From NCBI GenBank assembly GCA_963664825.1, contig OY761614.1:64001-128000 (forward strand): DNA of 64,000 bases. The letters are read 5' to 3'. This DNA comes from an uncultured Holophaga sp. Its GTDB lineage: Bacteria; Acidobacteriota; Holophagae; Holophagales; Holophagaceae. Under the pieces are notes generated by a model. It was given only the letters and a program-made list of their open reading frames with translations. It made no database searches and had not been told where the DNA came from. Numbering within the stretch: the stretch's first letter is position 1; every line of letters begins with the position of its first letter. This document shows, piece by piece, positions 41,330 to 50,573 of this stretch. The translations under genes were made by a program, and so were the position numbers.

Positions 41330-44300
41330 TAAAAAAGGTGGCCATCTCGGTGGCGGGCTTGATACTCGTAGGTGTCCACCCGCCCCGTTTGGGCCAAGGA
41401 ACGCAGAATTTCCGTTCGATCCTGGGGGTCGACGTAAACCTGATGGGCCATGTCGGTGACCATGTGGACCATCTCGTCGGGGGAATCGTACCCATGCATG
41501 CGAGCCATGGTGGGGTTCACCGTCAGGTAGCGCCCTTGGGGTGTGGTGCGGAAGATTCCCTCCAGGGCGTTCTCGAAAATACCGCGGTAGTTCGCTTCGC
41601 TTTGGCGCAGGGCTTCATCGGCGCGTTTTCGTTCGGTGATATCGATGCAGCTGCCTTCGTAATAGGTCTGCCCGGAGACCTCGTCCCTCATCTGATGAAC
41701 GCTGAGCTGGGTCCAGAACAGGTGTCCATCCCGGTGACGAACCGGATTTTCCAGGTGATCGATTCGGCCATGGGTCCTGAGGCTTTGCATGACATGATCC
41801 CGGTTTTCTTGAACCGCGTAGACCTGGGTCGCGATATCCGTGATTTCCGTCCGCATCTCTTCAGGGGTTGTGTATCCGAACATCTGCGCCATGGCTGGAT
41901 TGATGCTCAGAAACCGCCCATCAGGCGTGCTTTCGAAGACGCCGACCAGAAGATTATTGAAGATGGATCGGTATTTCGTCTCGCTTTCCCGGAGGGCCTT
42001 CTCGACACGCTTGAGTTCCGAAATATCGAAGATAAAACCTTCAAGTCCCTCAAGGTTTCCGTTTTTGTCACAGATGCCTTGGCCCTGCTCCGAGACCCAG
42101 ACCTCGCGGTCTTTGCGCGTATGGACGCGGTACGTCAACCGATAGGGCTCGCGGTTTGCGATGCTGCGCTGGACTTCTTCCCGGATGAAGGGGCGTTGCT
42201 CGGGGGGAATGATGTCTTCCAGGATCGCCCTTCGCGTGACGAGGAAATCTTCTTCCGGGATGCCGAAGAGATCCCGGCACTTCGCGCTGACGAATTCGGC
42301 GGTCCAGTGCGGGTCGTTGGCGCAACGGTACATGACGCCGGGCAGATTCCCGACCAGCGTGCTCCACTGGCGTTCCTGCTCCCGGGCGGCCAGTTCCGCT
42401 TGCTTGAGGGTTGTGATGTCCTGGATGGTGCCCGAGATGAACTGAAGCCTGCCTTCCGCGTCCTCGGTGGCCAGCATGGAGGTCGAATAGATGCGCTCGG
42501 GTCCATCCTCCGGGTTGGTCCGGTATTCGCAGGTGCTCGGAATGTGTTGTTCAAGGGTGCGCTGGAACGCTTCCATGACTGCGGCGCGGTCGTCTGGATG
42601 CACGCGCTCGATGGTGATCTCGCTGGCGGGGGGGGTGACTTGGGATTCCAATCCGAACATGCGGAACATCTGCTTGGACCAGCAAAGCTGCCGAGTCGTG
42701 GGATCGAACTCCCAGCTTCCGATTCCCGCATGGGCCTGGGCTGTCTCCAGTCGCGTCTCGCTGAGTCGCAGCGATGCCTCAGCGGCTTTCCGCTGGGTGA
42801 TATCCCGGCCGTTCAGGAGAATGCCCTGGATATCGGGATCAGGCAGCCAGTTGACGCCCACCGTTTCGAGGGTGATCCAGCGCCCGTCCTTGTGGCGGTA
42901 GCGGTACTCCGAACGATAGGCGATCCCCGGGTGCGCAACGGCCTCCCGGAGGACGGCTTCAGACTGCGAGAGGTCCTGTAGATGGATGTGGTCCAGTCCG
43001 TTTTGTCCGATCAGCTCCTGCGGCTCGTAGCCCAGGATGGCCTTGACGGGACCCATCGCCTCTTTGAAGAGGCCTTCCTCATTGATGATGAAAAAAAGAT
43101 CGTTCGAATTATCCACGAGCAGCTTGATGCGCTTCTCGCTTTCCCGCAGGGCGTTCTCGATGTGCTTGCGCTCCGTGATGTCCTGGATGGTGCCCGAAAG
43201 ATGCAGCGGCTTTCCCTGGGCATCGCTGTCGGCGCAAACGGTATTCTCCAGCACGCGCGGTGTACACCTCGCCGGGTTGGTTCGGTATTCGCGCGTTGAG
43301 GTGATGCCTGATTGGACGACTTGCTGGAAGGCTTCGCGGACGGCTGCTCGATCGTCCGGATGCACCAGCTCGAGGTAATCCTGGAAGGCCGGGGGGAATG
43401 GGGCGGGCTCAAGGTCGAAAAGGCGATACATCTGCTTGGACCAGAACCCCCGGTTCAAGCCGAGATCAAGCGTCCAGCTTCCCATGTGGGCGTGGCTCTG
43501 GGCGGCTTCCAGATGGGCCTCGCTTTCGCGCAAGGCGTTCTCGATGTTCCGGTGTTCCGTCGTATCGTTCAGGATCACCAGCCGCAGCGTATTCCCATCC
43601 CGTTCGATCTCGCGGGCCGTGAAGGACGCGATGAACGAATGGCCGTCCTTCTTGCGCATGCGGAATTCCAGGCCGCGGACCAAGGGCGTGTCTTGGATGG
43701 CGGCCACGAGGCGGTCCTGATCCTCGGGGTGCTCCCAAAGGCCCAATTCCAGAGAGGTGCGCCCGATCAATTCGCCGCGTGAATAGTCAAATTGGTCTTC
43801 AAAGGCCTGGTTGATCTCGGCGAAGGTATTGTCCGTCACGCGGGTGAGGCAGACGGCGTCCGGGATCTGGTCGAAGATGCGGGCAAAGTACGGCTCATCG
43901 ATGGAATCCTGGGGGCCCCGCTCGAGCAGGGTCAGAGCGTAGCCGCGGCCCGGCGCATCTGGATCGACCAGAGCCCCCGTGATCTTCAAGCTTTGGGAAC
44001 GACCATCCTTGCGAATGCAGATGGCTTCAGCTGAGCAGGGACGGGCTCCTGACGCCTCCAGCGCGCGCTCGAACGTGTCGTGTCCGGGATGGAACAGGCG
44101 GGGCTGCTCTCCGATCAGCTCTTCCCGGCTGTATCCGAGCAGTTCAAGGGCCTGTTCGTTAATTTCGTGGATGGTGTGATCGTCGCCCAGCAGAAGGACG
44201 CCCATGGGCGAGGCGCGAAGCACGCTCCGCAGCTCCCACTCGCATGGGCTGGGATCGGGGCGGGGCGATGGATTCGTCGGATCTGAGGGTTTCATCATGA

Positions 44301-44372
44301 GCACCAAGAACGGCTGGAGGCGGGTGCCAGATTCTTCTTTTCGGTCGGATCGCGGTTCTGGCTGAATTCCGA

Positions 44373-44996
44373 TCAATCCTTGCTTTCCAGCCAATTCGAG
44401 CCGCGATGGACTTCGGCCGCCAGGGCGAGTTCCAGGAAGCGCTCCAGGTCCCCGGGCTGATCCAGATCCAGCTCCCCTCCGGGAAAGGGGATCTCCAGCG
44501 CATCCCCATCCTGAAGGAGGCCACGGGCGCCCTTGTCCCCGCGAAGGACGCTCAGTGCCGGGAAGAAGCGCCTCGGGAAGAGGGCCGGAATGCCGAGGAC
44601 GCCCCCATAGCGCGAAGCCACCCCACGGTCCGGATGCGCCTGGTGGGCCGCGAGGATCTGCCCCAGGATTTCCCCCGTGAGCGCCACCTGATCGCACACC
44701 AGCAGCAGCACGGCGTCGACATCTGGGGGCAGGTCGGCCATGCCCGCCCGGAGGGAACTGCCCATGCCCTCCTCCCAATGGGGGTTGAGGAGCACCTGGA
44801 CCTCCAACCCGGAGAGGGCCTCGCGGCAGGATTCCACTTCAGCCCCCAGGACGACGCGCACGGGCCGAAGACCGGCTCCCCAGGCCAGGCGAGCCCCCCG
44901 GCGCAGCAGGGGTTCCCCCTTCCAGGGCACCAGCTGCTTGGGGTGGCCCAGCCTCCGGGAGGCTCCCGCAGCCAGGATGATCGCCGCGACGTTCAT
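44373..44996 (-). CDS. mocA: Molybdenum cofactor cytidylyltransferase-like nucleotidyltransferase
   Basis: ILAAGASRRLG, GMGSSL, CDQ and GDKGAR motifs; coupled to xdhC. Confidence 0.8.
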   Translation of the reverse strand: MNVAAIILAAGASRRLGHPKQLVPWKGEPLLRRGARLAWGAGLRPVRVVLGAEVESCREALSGLEVQVLLNPHWEEGMGSSLRAGMADLPPDVDAVLLLVCDQVALTGEILGQILAAHQAHPDRGVASRYGGVLGIPALFPRRFFPALSVLRGDKGARGLLQDGDALEIPFPGGELDLDQPGDLERFLELALAAEVHRGSNWLESKD

Positions 44997-46108
44997 CCGT
45001 GGATGGATGCCTGGCGGTCCCGCAGATGGCCGCCCGGCCGCCCCGAGAGCACAGCCTGGATTTCCGCCAGGATGGAAAGGGCGATGCCTTCGGGGGCCTC
45101 GGCCCCCAGATCCAGGCCGATGGGATAGTAGAAACGGGCCTTGGCCGCCTCGGTGAAGACCTGCCCCTCGGCTTCCAGTTGGGCCAGCAGCTTCTCGCTG
45201 CGCTTGCGGTTTCCCTGCAATCCCACGAAGGCCGCCCCGCTCTTCAGGAAGTAGCCGAGGGCCTCCAGGTCCTTGGCGTAGATGTGGCTGAGCACCACCG
45301 CCGCACTCCGGGAGTCCAGGCCGAGGCCCGGCATGGTTTCCGAGGGATGGCCCGGGATCACCTGGTCGGCCTCGGGGAATCGCGTGGGCGTGGCCAGCGC
45401 CGGACGGTGATCGAGGATCCCCACGCACCACCCGAGCTCCCGGGCCATGCGCGAAAGGGGCCTGGCGTTCTCCCCGGCTCCGTAAAGCCACAGGGCGATG
45501 GGCGGGTGCAGCGGCTCGATGAGCAGTTCGAGGGTGCCCCCGGGCACGGGGAAGCGCTCCCGGAAGGCCTTTCCCTCTTCCCGCGCCCGCGTGCAGGCCC
45601 TGGCGAGGGCGATGGAGAGCTGGGCGTCGAAGGGCAGGAGCCCGTGATGGCTTTGATCATCGTAGGCGAAGCGATCGCCCAGGGCGTAGGGCAGGGCCTC
45701 CCCTTGGATCCCTAGCACGGTGGCCAGGGCGCAGCTCCTGCGATGGCCCAGATGCTGGGCGCAGAAGTGGATCCAGGGCGCCAGCCGACCCGGCAGGACG
45801 GGTTCCAGCAGGATCTCCGCCCTGCCCTCGCAGCCCATGCCCGTGCCCCAGACCAGATCGAGTTCAGCTCCCATGTCGTAGCGCACCAGACAGGGCTGGC
45901 CGGCCTCCAGGACGCCCTGGGCCCGGGCCTGGATATCCGATTCCATGCATCCGGCGCTCACGCATCCAACTGCGGAAGCCTGGGGCTCCAGGAGCATCCG
46001 CGCGCCGGGTTCCCGGTAGGAGGAACCTTCGACCCCCACCAGGGTGGCGAGCACCGAAGGCACTTGGATTTTCTGGAGCGCGTCGAAGATTTCCTGTGAG
46101 CCCGTCAT
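44993..46108 (-). CDS. xdhC: XdhC/CoxI family molybdoenzyme maturation factor
   Basis: GSSYREPGARM, VSAGCME, GMGCEG and PIGLDLGAEAPEGIALSILAEI motifs. Confidence 0.9.
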   Translation of the reverse strand: MTGSQEIFDALQKIQVPSVLATLVGVEGSSYREPGARMLLEPQASAVGCVSAGCMESDIQARAQGVLEAGQPCLVRYDMGAELDLVWGTGMGCEGRAEILLEPVLPGRLAPWIHFCAQHLGHRRSCALATVLGIQGEALPYALGDRFAYDDQSHHGLLPFDAQLSIALARACTRAREEGKAFRERFPVPGGTLELLIEPLHPPIALWLYGAGENARPLSRMARELGWCVGILDHRPALATPTRFPEADQVIPGHPSETMPGLGLDSRSAAVVLSHIYAKDLEALGYFLKSGAAFVGLQGNRKRSEKLLAQLEAEGQVFTEAAKARFYYPIGLDLGAEAPEGIALSILAEIQAVLSGRPGGHLRDRQASIHG

Positions 46109-46187
46109 GCCAACCTCACTCGAATCCTGAGGGTAGCAGGGGGCCGGGATCCGTCGACACGCACGAATACCTCCGGATCCGCCCGAT

Positions 46188-46203
46188 TGGCACAACCGTC
46201 GCA
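46188..46203 (+). promoter_or_regulatory. Putative sigma54 (-24/-12) promoter of the fliO operon
   Basis: TGGCAC-aaccg-TCGCA, correct GG-N10-GC spacing, about 33 nt upstream of fliO. Confidence 0.6.
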
Positions 46204-46236
46204 CGGGAAGGGTCCCCCTGTCGGGAGACCGTCCCT

Positions 46237-46749
46237 ATGCGAAAAGTCCTGTTTTGTCTTGGAATCCTTGTAGTTTCAGGCTTTAGCCTGATGGCCCAGG
46301 CTCCGCCCGCCAGCCCTGCTGAGAAGGAGTTGCAGCAACCCCTGGTGCTCAATGACGTTTCACCGACGCAGGGGCAGTCCGCCCATTCCGAGCCCTCGGC
46401 GTGGCGGGCCTTCGGTTCCACCCTGCTGGTCATCGGCATCGCGGGAGGGGCGCTCTGGGCCTTCCGAAAATATGGCATGAAGCGATTTCCCGGCAGCGGC
46501 GGCGGCCGCTTGAAGGTAATGGAGACCCTTGCCCTGGGGGACCGCCGCTTCGTTTCCCTCCTGCGGGCCGATGAGGAGCAGTTCCTCATCGCCATGAGCC
46601 CCCAGGGCATCACCCTCCTCGCCCGCATGGATGGCGTGGAGACCGCCCCCCCGGAGACCTTCAACGAGGCCCTGGAGCACCATGTGGAGGTGACCCGCCC
46701 CACCTCCGTGAGGGAGGTGGAGGCCATGCTGAAGGGGGAGCGGCCATGA
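46237..46749 (+). CDS. fliO: Flagellar biosynthesis protein FliO
   Basis: TM segment then LKVMETLALGDRRFVSLL; first gene before fliP. Confidence 0.85.
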   Translation: MRKVLFCLGILVVSGFSLMAQAPPASPAEKELQQPLVLNDVSPTQGQSAHSEPSAWRAFGSTLLVIGIAGGALWAFRKYGMKRFPGSGGGRLKVMETLALGDRRFVSLLRADEEQFLIAMSPQGITLLARMDGVETAPPETFNEALEHHVEVTRPTSVREVEAMLKGERP

Positions 46750-47504
46750 GGCGCGTTCTCCGGCTCCTGCCCATCCTGCTCCTCCTGAGCGCCGGTCTCG
46801 CCCTCCAGGCCCACCAGGGCCCCTCGGGCCTGCCCACCGTCACCATCGATTTCGGCAAGACGCCCCAGGGCCCGGCCCTCAGTTCCACCCTCCAGGCCCT
46901 CCTTCTGCTGACGGTACTGACCCTGGCCCCGGCCATCCTCATGACCACCACGTGCTTCACCCGCATCGCGGTGGTGCTGAGTTTCCTCCGGCAGGGCATG
47001 GGCACCCAGAACACGCCGTCGAACCAGGTGCTCCTCAGCCTCTCCCTGGTCCTGACCTTCTTCGTCATGGCCCCCGTGGGCCGGGAGATCAACCAGACCG
47101 TGCTTCAGCCCCTGAGCCGCAACGAGCTGACCGTCGACCAGGCCATGGAACGCACGGCGGCGCCCCTGAAGGTCTTCATGCTCAAGCACACGCGCAAGAA
47201 GGATATCTCCCTGTTCCTCTCCATCGCCAAGGCCCCGGCCCCCCAGACCAAGGCCGACGTGCCCCTGGAGGTCCTGGTCCCGGCCTTCCTCATCAGCGAG
47301 CTGAAGACCGCCTTCGAGATCGGCTTCATGATCTTCCTGCCCTTCCTGATCGTGGACATGGTGGTGGCTTCCATCCTCCTGGCCATGGGCATGATGATGC
47401 TGCCGCCGGTGACGATATCCCTGCCCTTCAAGGTGCTGCTCTTCGTGATGGTGGATGGCTGGTACCTGGTGGTGGGAAGCCTCGTCAGGGGGTATACGGG
47501 ATGA
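46746..47504 (+). CDS. fliP: Flagellar export gate protein FliP
   Basis: FTRIAVVLSFLRQ, SELKTAFEIGF and MMMLPPVTISLPFK motifs. Confidence 0.97.
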   Translation: MRRVLRLLPILLLLSAGLALQAHQGPSGLPTVTIDFGKTPQGPALSSTLQALLLLTVLTLAPAILMTTTCFTRIAVVLSFLRQGMGTQNTPSNQVLLSLSLVLTFFVMAPVGREINQTVLQPLSRNELTVDQAMERTAAPLKVFMLKHTRKKDISLFLSIAKAPAPQTKADVPLEVLVPAFLISELKTAFEIGFMIFLPFLIVDMVVASILLAMGMMMLPPVTISLPFKVLLFVMVDGWYLVVGSLVRGYTG

Positions 47505-47574
47505 ACGGTCGACCCTCACTCGCATTTCCCGCTCGGCGCACGCGTCACGCGCAACGGCCTGAACCGGAGCACCC

Positions 47575-47853
47575 ATGAACGAACTCATCATCGTCCAGAT
47601 TGCCCGCGAAGCTCTCAAGACCGCCATCTACGTGGCGGGCCCCGCCTTGATCGTCTCCATGGTGGTGGGACTGGCCATCTCCATCTTCCAGGTCGTCACC
47701 AGCCTCCAGGATCAGACGGTGGCCTTCGTGCCCAAGGTCCTGGCCGTGATGCTCGTGGTGGTCATCAGCTTCCCCTGGATGGTCCGGATCCTGGTGCAAT
47801 TCACCACCAAGATGTTCACCGACTTCAATCTCGTGGTCAGGCAACTGCCTTGA
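47575..47853 (+). CDS. fliQ: Flagellar export gate protein FliQ
   Basis: GLAISIFQVVTSLQDQTVAFVPK. Confidence 0.95.
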   Translation: MNELIIVQIAREALKTAIYVAGPALIVSMVVGLAISIFQVVTSLQDQTVAFVPKVLAVMLVVVISFPWMVRILVQFTTKMFTDFNLVVRQLP

Positions 47854-47873
47854 AGCCCGCAGGCGCCCTGTAG

Positions 47874-48656
47874 ATGCCCTCCACCCTCGGCAACCCCGCC
47901 CTCTGGGCCCTCACCCAGGGCAAGGTGCTGATGTGGCTGCTGGTCATCGTCCGGATCTCGGGCCTCATGACCACCCTGCCGGGCCTGGGCCAGGAGCGGA
48001 TCCCCGTGGAGATCCGGGCGGCCCTGGCGGTGCTGTTCTCGGTCATCATCGCCCCCGTGGTCCCGGGCCCGAAGGAGATGCCCGGCGATATGTGGCAGTT
48101 GCTGGCGGTGATGGTCATGGAATTTGCGACAGGCATGCTCCTGGGCCTCTTCGTGTCCTGGATCGTGGAGGCTGTGGCCTTCGCGGGCCACCTCATGGAT
48201 ATCCAGATGGGTTTCTCCTTCGTGCAGTTCCTCGATCCCGCCAGCGCCCGCCCCAGCTCGATCTCGGGTTCGCTCCTGACCCAGCTCACCCTGCTCTTCA
48301 TCCTCATCTCGGGGCTGCACCATCAGATGATCCTGGCCCTGGTGGAGAGCTACAGGATCGTCCCCATCGGATCGGGCATGCCCGGGAACCCCATGCAGAT
48401 CGTCTCCATGGTGGGCCTGCTGCTGGCCCGAGGCCTGCAATTGGCCTTCCCCGTGATGTTGACGCTCTTTTTCGTGGACGCCCTGGAGGGCATCAGCGCC
48501 CGGTTCATGCCCCAACTCCAGCTCATGCAGCTCGTCTTCCCCTTCAAGATCGCCGTCGGGCTGACGGTGCTGGCGGTGCTCCTGAGGGATTTCCAGGCCT
48601 GGCTCCTGCCCATCCTGGAAGCCGCTCCGCGCGAAGCCTTGCGCTTCCTGAGGTAG
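47874..48656 (+). CDS. fliR: Flagellar export gate protein FliR
   Basis: AGHLMDIQMGF and PQLQ motifs; position between fliQ and flhB. Confidence 0.93.
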   Translation: MPSTLGNPALWALTQGKVLMWLLVIVRISGLMTTLPGLGQERIPVEIRAALAVLFSVIIAPVVPGPKEMPGDMWQLLAVMVMEFATGMLLGLFVSWIVEAVAFAGHLMDIQMGFSFVQFLDPASARPSSISGSLLTQLTLLFILISGLHHQMILALVESYRIVPIGSGMPGNPMQIVSMVGLLLARGLQLAFPVMLTLFFVDALEGISARFMPQLQLMQLVFPFKIAVGLTVLAVLLRDFQAWLLPILEAAPREALRFLR

Positions 48657-48659
48657 CCC

Positions 48660-49718
48660 ATGGCCCAGGATCCTTCACGCACGGAAAAAGCGACCCCCAA
48701 ACGCCGCGCGAAGGCCCGGGAGGACGGTTCGGTCCTGCGGGTGCCGGATCTGGATTCCACCGTGATGCTCTGGGGCAATCTCTTTCTCTTCAGCGCCGCC
48801 TGGGGAGCCACGTCCCTCCTGATGGCCCAGCAGACCGCCTACTTCCTGCGGCGCGCCACCGAACGGGGTCTGCTGGCCCCCGAGAACCTGCACACCCTGG
48901 CCATGGATCTCCTGGGCACGGTGCTCCGCATCCTGCTGCCCTTCCTGGGCGCCAATCTCCTGATGGCCCTGGCCAACCAGTTCATCCAGCATGGTTTCCA
49001 GCCGAACTTCAAGGCTCTCACGCCCAAGTTCGAGAAGCTGAACCCCTTCCCTGGTTTCAAGCGCCTCTTCTCCGCCCGGTCCGTGGTGGAAATCTTCAAG
49101 AGCCTGGGGAAGTTCCTGATCATCATCTGGATGGCCTACGCCATCCTCGCTTCCCGGATGCCTCTGGTGATGAGCACGCTCAAGCTCCCCCTTCACGAGA
49201 GCCTCCGCTTCCTCCAGGAGACCCTCTTCCTGCTCTACCGGAACGTCATGATCGCCATGCTGGTGCTGGCCCTGGCCGATTACCTCTTCCAGCGCCATGA
49301 GTTCGAAAAGAGCATCCGCATGACCAAGCAGGAATTGAAGGACGAGGCCAAGGATTCGGAGGGGAATCCGGAGATCAAGGGCAAGCAGAAATCGATTATG
49401 TTCAGTTCGGTGATGCGGCGGATCCGCACCCAAGTGCCCAAGGCCACCGTGGTCATCACCAATCCCACGCATTTCGCCGTGGCGTTGAGATATGACCCGA
49501 AGACCGCCGCCCCCATCTGCGTGGCCAAGGGCATCGATCACCTCGCCCTCAAGATCAAGGAGCGGGCTAAGGCCACCGGCGTCCCCATCGTGGAGAACCG
49601 TCCCCTGGCCAGGAGCCTGTACCGGAGCGTGGAGCTGGACCGCCCCATCCCACCGGAGCTCTACCAGGCCGTGGCCCAGGTACTGGCCTTCGTCTACCGC
49701 CTGCGAGGCGCGGCTTGA
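48660..49718 (+). CDS. flhB: Flagellar export switch protein FlhB
   Basis: TEKATPKR, EGNPEIK and the NPTH autocleavage site. Confidence 0.96.
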   Translation: MAQDPSRTEKATPKRRAKAREDGSVLRVPDLDSTVMLWGNLFLFSAAWGATSLLMAQQTAYFLRRATERGLLAPENLHTLAMDLLGTVLRILLPFLGANLLMALANQFIQHGFQPNFKALTPKFEKLNPFPGFKRLFSARSVVEIFKSLGKFLIIIWMAYAILASRMPLVMSTLKLPLHESLRFLQETLFLLYRNVMIAMLVLALADYLFQRHEFEKSIRMTKQELKDEAKDSEGNPEIKGKQKSIMFSSVMRRIRTQVPKATVVITNPTHFAVALRYDPKTAAPICVAKGIDHLALKIKERAKATGVPIVENRPLARSLYRSVELDRPIPPELYQAVAQVLAFVYRLRGAA

Positions 49719-49807
49719 AATGTTGAAATGAAAGGGATTCAGGGAAAGACTACTGTTTCCCCGGCAAATGGCCGAAAGGAATATGTGTCCTCCCTTGCAG
49801 AGAAGGT

Positions 49808-50458
49808 TTGCCTTTGCCCCCCCCCGTCATCCCACCCCATCTTCCTCCGCACCAGCTCTTACTGGTCGACGATGATCCTGTCCTCCTGGAGACCCTGACG
49901 GACCTGTTGCAGCATGAGGGTTTCAACGTCACCACCGCAGAATCCGGCGAGGGGGCCGAACGCCTCCTGGGGACCGCCCAGCCCCCCTTCGATCTGGTAC
50001 TCACGGACCTGGTGATGCCCGGCAAATCAGGCCTCGATGTCCTTCGGAAGGCCCTGGAGGTCAACTCCAGCTGCACCGTCCTCATCCTGAGCGGTTTCGG
50101 CACCGTGCGGGAAGCCACGGAAGCCATGGACCTGGGCGCCTATGGCATGGTGACCAAGCCCCTCCACCTGGACCAGTTCCGCAACATGCTCCGGCGTCTC
50201 CTGGAGCGCATCGAACTGATCCATGAACGGGATCTCCTCCAGAGAGAGGTCCGGAAACTCCAGGGGCGCATCGAATCCCTGGAAGCCACCAAGGGCCGCA
50301 TGGAAATGCTCGCCCACCGCATCAATCCCATGGCCGATAGCGGCTCGGAGGCCCTGGACGACCTGGAGCGCCTGGCTGGACTGAAGGCCCGGGGCATGCT
50401 CACCGAGGAGCAGTTTGAGGCCGCCAAAAAGGCCCTGCTATCGAGGTGGCTGGCATGA
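49808..50458 (+). CDS. Response regulator, REC-coiled coil-SHOCT (start uncertain)
   Basis: LLVDDD, TDLVMP, TKP; C-terminal LERLAGLKARGMLTEEQFEAAKKALL. Confidence 0.85.
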   Translation: MPLPPPVIPPHLPPHQLLLVDDDPVLLETLTDLLQHEGFNVTTAESGEGAERLLGTAQPPFDLVLTDLVMPGKSGLDVLRKALEVNSSCTVLILSGFGTVREATEAMDLGAYGMVTKPLHLDQFRNMLRRLLERIELIHERDLLQREVRKLQGRIESLEATKGRMEMLAHRINPMADSGSEALDDLERLAGLKARGMLTEEQFEAAKKALLSRWLA

Positions 50459-50573
50459 GGGGACGGAATCTCGCCCCATCCGACATTCAAGGGAACTTGC
50501 GTCTCGCGCATCCCCTCAGCCGATACCGAGCGAACGGCTCTACTATCGAGATGGCTGCCACGAGGGGCCGCGC

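Larger units (their letters stand above)
37018..44298 (-). pseudogene. Multi-PAS hybrid sensor histidine kinase interrupted by IS256 and ISL3
   Basis: Three fragments rejoin in frame after removing both ISs and one copy of each duplication (...[11 protein letters not shown]... and ...GLSAS|VIRVAS...), giving 4476 bp, about 1491 aa; 8 PAS, SHEIRTP, HATPase, REC. Confidence 0.9.

Noticed and set aside
41329..44778. N-terminal extensions in the ORF track (PAS kinase from 44778; similarly map, ispE, aroC, fur, ribA, queE)
   Set aside because: Extensions overlap neighbouring genes and are low-complexity; downstream starts fit family N-termini
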